This document shows, piece by piece, positions 1 to 12,540 of a stretch of 64,000 nucleotides of DNA. The translations under genes were made by a program, and so were the position numbers. This DNA is from Lama guanicoe. Its lineage: Eukaryota. The stretch is taken from assembly GCA_013239625.1 (NCBI GenBank), contig MU053881.1, positions 2,542,001-2,606,000 on the forward strand. Direction: 5' to 3'. A model generated the notes under the pieces. That model saw only the letters and a program-made list of their open reading frames with translations. It made no database searches and had not been told where the DNA came from. The first letter of the stretch is position 1; the number at the start of each line of letters is the position of its first letter.

Positions 1-3000
1 TCTGCCCAGGCCAAGGGCTTAGGCAGCCAGGAGAAGGGAGGCAAGGAAAAAAAGAGGAGCCAGTGACAGAGCATAGAGGAGAACTGCAGAATCACAGAGC
101 CGAAAAAGCCCGTGTGTTCGCTATTCACCCTCCTCCTGTTCACTGCAGGCAGAGAGGGACTGAGCTGCCCCAGGTCACAAGGAGCTGCCCGGTCAGGGCA
201 GACGCAGGTTCAAATCTCTTTCCTAGACTCACAGTCTGGACATCAGAGGGACGACATACAGAGGCCTCAAAGCCACATCCCTCTGCACAGCACCCCGTTA
301 AGTTGCTGTCATAGTAACTCCATCCCAGTCTGAGATGACACTGTCCTGTATCTGTGTGCAGGCACTAGATCTGCCTGGTGTCCCCAGAACATGACTCAAG
401 ACAGAGAGATGGTGCTCTGTGATTTCTTATGAACAATGAATAAATAAATTTGGTCCTGTATGTGAACTGCTTCATACACAGGGCGTTCTGCGGCCGGCTC
501 CTGCCAGCTCTTACTGGCTCTTTAAGAACCAATTGTTAAATATTCAAGATTTGTGAGCTGATTATTAAAAAAAAAATTGGTAGCTTGAAATCAGCCTTGG
601 TGAGAGTATTTACACCACAGCAATCAGCTAATGCTACAAATCAGGGCTGCTTTCTCTACCCCACCCCTACCCCCAGCAAAACACTTACAGCCAATCTTCT
701 TAACCTGAGTTAATCTTCTTAATCTCCAAATCTTCCAAATAAAGGAAAAAGTGAAATGCCTCCTGCCTCCTGCCTCCTTCTGTTTCCTTCGAATACCTCT
801 TCTCTCCCTCACAAGGCCAGGCCCTGCTTCTGGAGACAGTACTAGAAGAGTTAATTCCCCATTACCTCCCACTCCCTCTCAGCGCATCACCTGTTTTCCC
901 CGGTTCAGTCCCAGGTGGGGTATAAACACACCCAGTGATAAACGGCCCCACATGCTGCACACTGGAGCCCTCTGCTCCCTCCACCACCTGTTCCGTCCCA
1001 GCTGGAGGGAGGGCAAAGGAAGAGGGGGCTTCCATCTGAGTCAGAATCATCCATCCTAAGTAACTAACTGCCAAAGAAGGGGTGCAGAGATCCCCCCACC
1101 AGCTTCTCCAAACTCCTCCTGCCCCAGGCTGGCTTCTGAGGCTGCTGGACGAGCCAGAGAGCTGAGGGGGCCAGGAAACCACCTGCCAGGGCACAGGGTC
1201 TCTTCCCAGATCAAAAGCTAAGACACTCTTTTTAAGACCTCGCTGTATGGTCCTGCCGGAGCCCAGCCCCAGAACTGGTGCTCTGACCTCTCAGCCACCC
1301 TCTCCGCAGCCCGGGAAGGGAAAGTGTGTCTGGCAGACATCACTGGTCGCCTGCCTCTGTCCATTGCCTTCTTGCCTGATACTGTTCAGCTTGACTCTTG
1401 GTGATTCCTTGTCCCATGCCTCTGATTTGTTTAGGGGGAGTGCGAGTGTGGTTTGGTTACAGCCAATAACACATGAAGGGAGGTCGGAGACTTCTTTAAT
1501 TCTGGAAGAGAATCATCACAGGGAGAGATGCTCTCTTCTATCTCTGAGCATTACGGTATCTGGGTGTAAATCCTGGAGCTTCAGCAGCCATATTGTGACC
1601 CTGAGGGGAAGTGAAGTTGAGGATGGGGCTGATGGACCAACAAAGGCAAAGCAGAGGCAGGGAAAGAGCTGAGGTCACTGATGACTTCACTGGACCTCTG
1701 ATTCCCATGCCCGGAGGCAGTCCTCCTCTAGACCTCCTAGGAAAGGTCCTTCTCCATTTCGAGTTGGATTAGTTATCTGCAACCAAAGGTATCCCAACCT
1801 GGGGAAAGCAAAGCTGGGGCCATCTCAGCTGCCAGGGCAGGAGATGCTGGCACCTGGAACTCCCCATGTTCTCTATCAGTTAGTCTGCCATTTGCAAACC
1901 TGCCTCTCTCCTCTCTCTTGTCTAGGGCCAGACCCTGGCCGTGTGTGCCATTCCCTGGTCCCCTCCTCAGGCTGGAGGTGACCTCTAGCCTAAGACCAGT
2001 GTCTGAATCTTTGCTGCCTCAGACTCTTCCATAATGCCAAGTGTCACTGCCCACCCACCCGCAGGGAGACACTACTTGCTCTCTATGCTTGGGCATCGCC
2101 AGGGGTCTTCCAGCCCTCCCCCTTGTTTCTCATTCCTCCTAGGTAAGCAGGTATCACTCTGGACTGCAGCACCACCCCACTCCCACCCCAGACTGAACGG
2201 TCAAAACAAACTGCTCCCTTACTGGGCCTGGAACCCCTCTCAGGGCCCAAGGCAATTATCATTTAGTGGCACCAAGGGCTCAGGCAGCAGCCTTCCCTGA
2301 GTTTCTCTGAACACATTACCCACATTATTTTTCACTCAATACCCGTCAAGAAACCCTTAAGAGAGCTGAAGGACGTGGCTTAGTCCTAGTTTACAGATGG
2401 GCTGTGCAAACAGAAAGGGAGGCACATTTTTCAGGGGCCCGGAATGACAGAGCCCACATTTGCCAGAGCCTAAGTCAGCATCAATAACAAATGGCCACAG
2501 CTGGGCGAAGACCTGTGAGCTTCGTATGGAGACAAGCCTGCAGGTTTGGGCTTGCGCTGCCTGCCTCTGCTGGGGAACAGGTACCGCAGACCCCCAGGTG
2601 GCCCAAGCTGCTGAGGACCAAACCCACAGATCAGACAGAAAAGACCCTGCTCCTTGAAAATAATCAAGGGGAACTGAGAGCTGTGTTCTGGGTCCAGGGC
2701 CGGAGCGCAGAAGTTAGCAAAGGAGGGAGACAGAGAGAACAGAGAGCATGCTGGGCAAATCTTTCAGTCGCTCTCTGCCGCAATTTCCCCATTTGTAACA
2801 TGGGAAATACAAGTTCCCTTTCCCAGGGTGGTTGGTGAAGTCGTGGATCTGAACACATTTAAGGAGTCCAAGCTATAGACTGGCAGTTATCTTCCAATGT
2901 CCATTGTCCCCTCTCTTCTCAGCCTCCCCTGTGGCCATTTTGTCCACCTGACTAAATTCTGACCCTCATGCTGTCAGCACCATAACGTCATATCATGTAC

Positions 3001-4589
3001 AGTTCTGGGGAGTGTCCTGAATGGGATATGCACTCCTTTGTCCCTTTCTTGTCCTGGAGGCCAGAACCAAGCAGCCATCTTGGACCATGAAGTGGAAGCC
3101 ACTGAAAGAAGCCCGCTGAGCAGCAAGAAAGGCGATCGATGCCGACTTTGAGAAACCTCTCTTCCAGGCTCGAGGCTCTTGATTGTTTGAGAGAGAAATA
3201 AAGTTCCATCATTTTGGCACTGTTTTTCTCTTCGGGGTGGTGTCTGTCACTCACAGTTGAACCTAATCCTGGTCCCTTCAGACTAGAATCTAGATCTGTC
3301 TGTCCCCCAAGGCCAGGGGGGCACCCACCGCAGCACCTACTGCTCTGTCGTAAGTCCCGATGGAAAGCTACGGTGCTCGGACCGGGCAGGCACTGTTCAG
3401 GATGTGCCCATGCAGAGCAGGTGGGCTTTGGCCCAAGCTGACCCTCCAACGCTGAGTTCCAGCAGAAGGGTGCCAGCAGCCAGCCCACTGGGTTCCCAGA
3501 TTGGCCAGAGGTTTGGTGTTTGAGAAGGGCAGGGTAAGAGCTTGAAGAATGGGGAGGCTGAGGACAGTGGATCTGGCTGGAAATGACTTGCTGGCTGACT
3601 TCAAAACAGTATCTGGGGAAGAAGGAAGTACCTTTTCAACTAGACTGCAAATGGTGAGAAGAGCACGGTAGAAAGGAGGCCTCGGACGTCCGACTCCCTC
3701 CACAGAGTGGCTGGTGAGCGAGTCCTACCATGCAGAAAGGACCCATGTGGCTCCCCTTGCTACCACTTGGGAGGACAGAGTGCCACAGCCCACCAGTGGG
3801 CACATAATGGCCATCTGTGTCCCTGCAGCCTGGCACCTGTTCACCGTTTTCAGTGCAAACAACACCCAGTTTTCCCTTGGGAACCCCTAGCCCCTCTTCA
3901 AGTCCTTTCAGCCCACCGGCTCCAAAAACAGCTGACTCTGGCCAAGGTCCCAGCATCATGTGACTCGGGCCTGGCCAATCAGAGTATCCGTATTCCCCCG
4001 ACCACTCTGATTGGTCAGGGATGAGCATGTGACCCAGTAAGAATCAGTGAGATTTACTGAGTCTGTTGAGAGACTAGTCTCTTTTCCCTGGATTTGAACG
4101 TCGGAGGCTGTAACCCTTGGGCTCCTGGAAGCCACTTTGCTATCACATGGAGCCTCCAGATGAAGCAGAAGTGGACAGAGTGAGGAGGTAGAGAGGCATC
4201 CAGGTCCTAGTTGGATCCCAGCCTGAAGCTCATCACTCCTTACGTTTGTAGATATTGATAAGTTTCTTCCCCCATCACCACCCAGAACTACTTGCCTGTG
4301 CAAACTCTGGTTTAACTGGAATGCCGTTTCTCCTCCAGCTGGGCAAAAATCCCCCTCCAGCATCTCAAGGCCAGCTGAAGCAGCCCCTTTCCTAAGGAGG
4401 CCAGCTCTCAGTCCCCTGCCTTGGTGAACATGGATCTCACTGAATGAACCATTTCCGTGTTGGCGCCACCACCAGCATAGGGGTCTCTCAAAGACAAGAC
4501 CTGTGTCTCCTTTAATTCTGTATCTTGCACCCAGCATCCAGTAGGCACTCACTAAATGCTGGTTGAATAAATAAATGAATGACTGCAGA

Positions 4590-5080
4590 GAAGCACGCTA
4601 ATCATTCATCAAGTTTATGGATGACATGAAATTGGGAGAAGTTTCTAGCCAGAGGTTAGAATCATAAAGCAGATTGGCTTTCGCAAATGACAGTATGGCA
4701 AGGCTGCATCGGAATTGGATGGCGTTCATTAAGTAACTAGTTTGAAGAAGTCGTTGCCGGGAGTCTGTGAGAGCTGGGAATGTAACGGTTTCTGTGCACG
4801 TTTTAAGACAAGCTGTGGGTGGCAGGCTGGACGCAGAGCAAAAAGCTGGCTGTGGAGGGCTGGTCTCCCCAGTGAGGTCAATTCATGGGCTTCTGACAAG
4901 CGAGACCCAGGCAAGTCCTTTGGCCTTCAGGACGACACTCCTAGCTCTGTATTTTGGGAGACATAGAAGCTTCAGGGAAGCAAGAAAAAAACATTTAAAA
5001 TAGTGAAAGGGAAGAGAAATTGGATTTCTGAAGTCGGGTTAAAGAGGCTGGGGTTGCTGCACATGGAAGGAAAAGAGAAA
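4590..5080 (+). mobile_element. Ancient CR1/L3 LINE remnant
   Basis: 4608-4643 translates IKFMDDMKLGEV (CR1 RT motif KFADDTKLGG); about 5040-5080 LKRLGLLHMEGKE resembles CR1 LKELGLFSLEKRR. Confidence 0.5.
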
Positions 5081-7260
5081 ACCATTTCCCCAATGGGCTT
5101 TAAAAAGGGACCCCAGCCCCCAGAGTGGAGGAGGTGCCCCAGAGAGGGAGTGATGGGCAGGGAGGCAGTGGCAGCCCGCCCTGCCCCCACTGCAGCCTCC
5201 GGAGCCGCGGCCACCCCTGCTGTTTACGCTTTTATCGTTTGCAATGAAAGACGATGATGTGTGTGTGCTCTGTATTGATTGTGCCTCTTAGATTTTTATG
5301 TCATTGTGGAAAGCGGCAATTATGCTGGCCCGCTCTGGAGGGAGCAAACGGCCCTGGGGGAGGACGATACAGGCCCAGGAAAACTCAGAGGCAGCTGTCG
5401 GCGGGGGTTCTGGCTCAGGAGCTGGGGGCATGAGGCTGGTGGGATGGGGAAAGGGGCTGGCTGATCCTGGGAAGGGATAGGAATCTCACCAAGTGGATGC
5501 ACTCTCTACCTTAGGCCATAGATATTTACTAAGTACCTATCGTGTGCAGAGTACTCAAGTCATTGTCCCACACTCCTCTGAAAGCCCTTCAGTGGCATTC
5601 TTTTTGCGTTTAGAATAAATCCATTCTACTCACCAAAACATATGTCATCTGATCCCCACCTACCGCTCTGGTCTCACCTCCCTTCTCTGCCCTGCTCGCT
5701 CACTGCCACCTAGCCACTCGGCCTTCTTCCAGGTCTGCCCGCTCATCAGGCTTGGCCTTGCCTCAAGGCCTTGGCTCTTTGCTCTTGCTGTTCCCTCTGC
5801 CTAGAATGCTGTTCCCCATGCTCTGTCCTGCCATTATCTTCACATTCAGATGTCAGCTTAAGTATCACCTCCTCCCATAGTCCCATCCTAAGGACCCTGT
5901 GCCATGTCCTCACAGTCTCTCTGTGACATCATCTTCTTTTCTTCATAGCACTTCTTACTCTATTTATGGGTTCATTGTCCGTTTCACCCACCAAAATGTA
6001 AATGCAAAAAGAATAGGAAGCTTATCTTTTGTTCACTGCTTTGCCACCAGCATCTAGAGGAGTTCCAGGCACTCAATATGAGTGTAATGAATTATTGCCA
6101 AATATTATTTGCTCTAATTAAGAGTAGAGGAAACTGAGGCTTCAAAGGGGTATTAATTAAGACTAGATTTGACGAGAAGTAACAGAATATCTAAATGATA
6201 TGCAGAGGTGGGTGATTGCTGACACTGGTCCTGTTGTTCGGTGATGGCCTCATAAGTTGAGGAACTTTCCATCTTACTGCCCATTTTTTCTTAGGCCATT
6301 ACTCTTAGCTTGCTCCTCATGGTCACATAGTGGCTGCTTCTGCTCCTGACTTAATTTGGCATCCAAAGAAAGAAGGAGAGGAAAAGGCAAAATTCTGATC
6401 TAGTCGAGTGTGTTTTCCTTTTTACTAGGTCTTTCCCATTTCCAGACCATCTCTCACCAGGATTGTACTTCCAGCTCACTGGCTGGCTCTGTGTCATTTG
6501 CTGCAAGAGATACTAGGAAAATGAGCTCTTTGGGCTTGAAATAGAGGAAGGCAGAAGGGAGGTGGGTTGTACAAGAGTGTTGATCAAGCCAGCTTTGGTG
6601 ACGGCCACAGAGAGGTGGCCTCTAAACAGCAGAGCTAGGGTCTGAGCCCACATCTGTCTGACCCCAGGTCCATGCCCTATTTCCCACCATGGTGCTTCTC
6701 TCCTGGCCTCTGGGTGAGAGGGCAAAGGCACTAGAACAAATACCAGAAGTGCCACCAGGTCTGCACCCTAGCTCTGTGAAACCTCTCTCAATTTCAACCC
6801 CTCCCCTCCATCCCTTAATACACCCCAGTGCTCCAGCCACAGTGAGCCACTCAGTGCTCCCTAAACCCACCCGACCTTCCCTCCTTGGTCCCTTTGCACA
6901 TGCTGCTCTTTGCTCAGAGTCCCCGCTACCCCTGCACCACGCTGCTCATCCTTCAAATACTAGCTTGAGTGTCATCTCCTCTAATTTTCCCCCTTTCTTG
7001 CTTAGTCATGGGCTAGGGACCTGCCCTTACAGCAGAGGGAGAGACAGACAATAAATAAACAAACAAAATCAATAAGACAATTTCATAGAGGGACGGCTGT
7101 GTTGATGAAACCAAAACACGGTGACCTGTTAGGGAGCAACTGACAGGCTATGGTAGAAGAAATAATGCTCCCCAAAGGTATTCATGTCCTAGTCCCGGAA
7201 CCTGTGAATATGTTAGGTCACAGCAAAGAGGAATTAAGGTTGCAGGTGGAATTAAGCTTA

Positions 7261-7975
7261 GGTACAATAAAGATTTGACAGCCCTCTATCCCCGGTTCCT
7301 GGGAGGTAACCTCTATATCCTTGGAATTTCTGGACTGGTAAGACTGTATTTGCTATTCATGGTGGCCTCTTGGACCATACTATGAGGTGACTCAGGATGG
7401 AGGCCAGAAAGACCAGCCATGTGACTGGGGAGTTGGAGCTTTGAGCCACATGATATCAACCCGACCTCTGTGGAGGAGAAGGGAGCGGGATGTTGAATTC
7501 AACCATGTGGCCAATGATGCAGTCAAGTCGGTCAGTCATGCCTGCACAATAAAACCCGGATAAAAACTCTGCACACCAAAGCTCCAGTGAGCTTCCTGGT
7601 TGGCAATATTCTGCGTGTTGCATGTTGATGTGCTGAGAGGGGAGAGCATTCCTGAAAACGTGGGAAGAGGACACGGACGTTTCATGTTTGGGCACTTCCC
7701 TCCCCTGACCCCCCGGCCTCTTCCTTTGTGTCTCTCCCTTTGGCTGGTTCTGAATTGTATCCCTTTGTAATCATAAATAGAGTGCTTTCCTGAGTTCTCT
7801 GAGCCAGTCCAGCCAATTACAGAACTGAAGTGGGTAGGGAGAACCCCTGAATTGGTAGCCAGCTGGTCAGAAGTGAGGGTGGCCTGGGGACCCGTGAACT
7901 TGCGGCTGGTGTCTGTGGATGACTGTGGCCTCAACTTGTGAAATTTGGCCTAATTCCAGGTAGTTGAGGGTCAAT
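7261..7975 (+). mobile_element. MER21-like LTR nested in MLT1
   Basis: LTR-like sequence with an internal AATAAA and a terminal gttggtcagaagtgagggtggcctgggg-type motif. Confidence 0.55.
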
Positions 7976-8013
7976 GCTGGCTGCTAATCAGCTGACCTGG
8001 AGCTGGGAGATGA

Positions 8014-8822
8014 CAAGCAAGCCTGGGAGGTATCATTGCGGGTTCAGTTCCAGACCAGCGCAATAAAGCAAATATTGCAATAAAATGAGTCCCATGAATT
8101 TTTTGGTTCCCCAGTGCAGGGGAAAGTTATGTTTACACTATACTGTAGTCTATTAAGTGTGCAATAGCATTATGTCTAAAAAAACAATGTACATACCTTA
8201 ATTTAAAAATAGTTTATTGCTAAGAAATGCTAACCATCATCTGAGCCTTCAGTGAGACGTAATCTCTCTGCTGGCGGAGGGTCTTGTCTTGACGTTGATG
8301 GCTGCTGACTGATCAGAGGTGTGGTTGATGAAGGTGGGGGTGGCTGTGGCAATTTTAAAAATAAGACAACAATGAAGTTTGCAGCATCCATCGATTTCCC
8401 TTCATGAGCGATTTCTCTATAGCGCAGTTCTGTTTGATAGCATTTTACCCACAGAACCTCTTTCAAAATTGGAGTCAGTCCTCTCAACCCTTGCCACTGC
8501 TTTATGAACTAAGTTTACGGAATATTCTAAACATTTTGTTGTTATTTCAACAATTGATTAAGTTTACCATCGTATATGGGCACAGTTCATGGTCCTCCAA
8601 ATTATCACAATAGTAACAAAGATCACTAATCACAGATCACCATGATAAATATAATCACAATGAAAAAATTTGAAGGATTTCAAGAATGACCAAAACGTGA
8701 TGCAGAGACATGAAGTGAGCAAATACGTCGACAGACTTCTCAGTGCAGGGTTGCCACAAACCAACAATTTGTTTAAAAAACGCAATATATCTGTGAAGCA
8801 AAACCAAAATGAAGTGTGCTTG
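8014..8822 (-). mobile_element. Internally deleted Tigger1 DNA transposon
   Basis: Both Tigger1 ends recognisable (ttgcgggttcagttccagacc.cgcaataaagc; gggttgccacaaacc...atctgtgaagc), followed by a TA target site. Confidence 0.85.
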
Positions 8823-9399
8823 TACCTTGGATTACTCAATGAGCCAGAGAACAAGGGTCCTTCCAAATGGAAGAGGAAGGCAAGAGAGAGAGAACCAGAG
8901 AGACAGCAGCGTGAGTGTGACTCAACCCAACATTGCTGGCTTTGAAGATGGAGGAAGGGGCTGAGAGGATGGAGGATTGAGGGCAACTTCTAGAAGGTGG
9001 AAAAGGCAAGGAGTCTCCCCTAGAGCCTCCGAAAGGAATGCAGCCCTGCTGACACCTTGATCGTAGCCCAGTAAGACCCAGTTTGGACTTCTGACCTCTG
9101 GAACCCTAGGATAACAAAAGTGTGTTGTTTTAAACTTCTGTGTTTGTCATCTTTTGTTACAGCAGCAGCAGGATACTAATACAGGGGTATTACTGTGTGT
9201 GTGTTGAGGGGGTGGGGTGACCAGGGAAGGCCTCTCTGAGAAGGTGACAATTAAGTTGAAATCTTCTGTCACATTGTTACTGGCTTTGTAAGAACCTCCA
9301 AAATGTAAACCTTACCTGATTCAACTTTGTTACACCCACTGCTTACTGGAGATCCAGCAGTGTCGAACTCCTTCGGATTTTTTTTCCCCTCACAGCATC

Positions 9400-12300
9400 T
9401 TTGTTTTGTTCTATTTATTTTAAAAATTCAGTAAACTTGTGTGTGTGTGTGCATAGTCTATGAATTTTAGCACATGTGTAGATTCATGTAACCACCACAA
9501 TCAGGATACAGGAGAGTTCCATCACCCCATACATCTCCTGCACGTTCTCCCTTTATTATCACATACGTTCCACATCCCTACCCCCAGTACACTGACCTAT
9601 TTTTTCCATCACTATAGCTTTGTTTTTTCGAGAAGGTCACATAAATGGAATCACACTATGTAATTTCAAGACGGGTTTCTTTCACTTAGCATAATGCTTT
9701 TGAAATTCATTCAAGTTGTTGCAGCTATCAATAATTTATTCCTTTTTATTGCAGCATATTATTCCATCGAATGGATATACCACAGTTTTATCCATTCACC
9801 TATTGGGGACACTTGGATTGTTTCCCATTTTGGCAATTATCAATAGAGCTGCCATGAACATTTGTGTTCCAGTTTTGATGCGAGCATAAATTTTCATTTC
9901 TCTAGGGTAAATATGCAGGACTGGAATTGCTGGGTAAGTATATGTTTAGCTTTAACAGAAACTGCTAAATTGCTTTTCAGTGACTGTACCATTTCGCACT
10001 CCCATCAGCAGTGTATGAGCATTCCTTTCCAGTTGCTCTGCATCCTCACCAGCACTTGGTTTTGCCTGTATGTTTTTTGTTTTGACCATTCAAAAAGTTG
10101 TGTAATTATAACTTTGCCCTAATGGCCAATGATGTTGAACACCTTCCTATGTGCTTACTGGCCATCCTAATATCCTCTTGGGTGAAGTGTCTGTTGAAAT
10201 CTTTTGCCCAGCTTTTAATTGGTTGTTTGTTTTCTTTTTGTTGAGTTTTGAGAGTTCTTCGTATACTTTGGATACAAATCTTTTGCTGGACATGTGGTTT
10301 GCAAATACTCTCTCCAAGCCTGTCCTTTTATGCTCTTAATGGTGTCCTTCTCAAAGCAAAAGTTTTCATTTTGATGATGCTCTGTTTATTCTTGTACAGA
10401 TTGAGCTTTTAATGTCATAATTCTGCCTGCTCCCAGGCCATAAAGATTTTCCATTATGTCATCTTCCAAAAGTTTTATCTCTAATCTATTTAGAATTAAT
10501 TTTTGGTTAATGTGTAAGATCTAAGAATTTTTTAAAGTAGTTGCTCTAAGAATAGACATATGTCATTTCTCCAGTTCATTTAGAATTAATATGCTACCAC
10601 TTTATGTCAAATGTAGAAATCACACCACCATATAGGTCACCTTACCCTCCTCATTTATGTTGTATTTGTCTTCTATGTTACATCCATAGTCATTGAAATC
10701 CCATCGGACAATGTTATAATTTTTGTTTTCAACCATCAGACATATTTTAAAGAGTTCAATAGGAAAATCAAGAGGAGAAAAATAGTCTATAATATATATC
10801 CAAATATTTACCATTCCTGCTACTCTTCTTCCTTATTCCTGTTTCAAGTTTCTTTCTGCTCTTATCACTCTTCTGTTGAAGATCTTCCTTTAGCAATCTT
10901 GTAGTGTGGGTTTCCTGGCAACAAATTCTCTTCTTAGCGTTCCTGCATCTGAAAAATACCTTTATTTTACCTTCATTCCTGAAGGATATTTTCTGTTAAG
11001 AATTCTGAGTTGAGAGCTCTTTTCTTTCAAAAAAAAAATGTTATTCCACTTCCTTCTGGCCTTTGTGGTTTCCAATGAGAAATCTGCAGTCATTTGAACT
11101 ATTGTTTCCCTTTAGGTAATATGTCATTTTCTCTGGTTGCTTTCAAGATTTTTTTCTTTGTCTTTAGTTTTCAGAAGTTTGATTATGATGTGTCTGGGCA
11201 TAGCTTTCTTTGTATTTATTCTGTTTTCGATTTACTGAGCTTCTTGAATTTGTGTGTTTATATTTTTCACTACATTTGGAAAATTTCCATCATCATTTCT
11301 TCAAATATTTTTTCCTGGACCCCCCTCTATTTCTCTTCTCCTTCCAAGACTCTGATGACATGAATGTTGGACATTTTGGCATTGTCCCACAGGTCCCTGA
11401 GGGTCTGTTCAAATTTTTCCAATCTTTTTTCAGATTACATGGCTTCTATTAGTTTATCTTCAAGTTCACTGTTTCCTCTGTCATTCCTATTATGCTATCG
11501 AGCCAAAGCAGTACGGTTTTAAATTTCAGTTATCATATTTTTCGAATCTAAATTTCCATTTGGTTCTTCTTGATACCTTCTATTTCTAGGCTGAGACTTT
11601 TTATCTTTCCACTCATTTCAAGAGTGTTTGCCCTTAAATATTGGACCATTTTTATAATAACTGTTGTGAAGTCGTTGACAGCTCAGTAAAGTCATCTCAG
11701 CATCCACATCTGTTGATTGTCTTTTCCCAGATGAGCTGAGGTTTTCATGGTTCTTCCCATACAGAGTAAGTTTATATTCTTCCACTAGCAGGCAATTGAC
11801 CCAGTTGGGTCCAGGCCACAAGTTCCCACCAGCCTCCTGTTGGTTGTGGTTCCAATGTCAGTGCAATTTTCAAACCTTTTGCAGTGCTATTTGGATTTGG
11901 CCCGTATGTGCACCTCCCCATGGTCGGTCTGGGATTTGGGCAGTGCTCTGTCCTCATTCAGTTGTCATGCTGCTTAGGATCAGACCATGTACAGTTTGGG
12001 GATGAGCCCACAATTGCATAAACCACTTTAAGGGGCTGCTTTTCCCAGCTTCTCCCTTCCTGTGATCTCCCCTGGACTTTCCAGTTCACCGAGGTTCCCC
12101 TTTCCCAGCCCCCAGGCCAGAGGCTGGAGCTCTGTTTACTTCCCCTCCCATGTGCTTCCTGTAAGTGCTAGTGTGGAGCCCGAGGGGCTTACCCACCTTC
12201 ATGGACCGTGGCTCCTCCCACTGGAGTTTTAGGTTGCTGCCAGCCCACCCTGCTATAGCTGCCACTGCCATCACGTGAGCTAGCGGAGGCTGGGGTGCGA

Positions 12301-12540
12301 GAGCATGGAGAAAAGGGGGAAAGAAAAAAGAAAAGAAAAACAGAAAACTTCTGCACTCTTACAACCTTGTCTTGGTCCTTAAGCCAGAATCAGAGGGCTT
12401 CCTGGAATTCTCTTTATAGATGCTAATATCCACTTCAGGGTTTCAGGCTGCATTGAATTCAGCCCAGGAGATACTGTAGCAGGGGTAGGGGGGGTAGCAA
12501 ACTTACCATCAACTTGGTGTTACTTTGATATCTGGTCTTC
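9400..12540 (-). mobile_element. Ancient L1M (L1MC/MD-like) fragments
   Basis: T-rich plus strand with typical L1M 3'UTR/ORF2 antisense motifs (ccattcacctattggggacacttggattgtttcc, ggtgaagtgtctgttgaaatcttttgccc). Confidence 0.8.

Larger units (their letters stand above)
7148..9183 (+). mobile_element. MLT1 (ERVL-MaLR) solo LTR split by two later insertions
   Basis: MLT1-like start (aataatgctccccaaagg...gaacctgtgaatatgtt) and end (ttgttacagcagcagcaggatactaataca); sequence resumes at 7980 and 8825. Confidence 0.75.
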
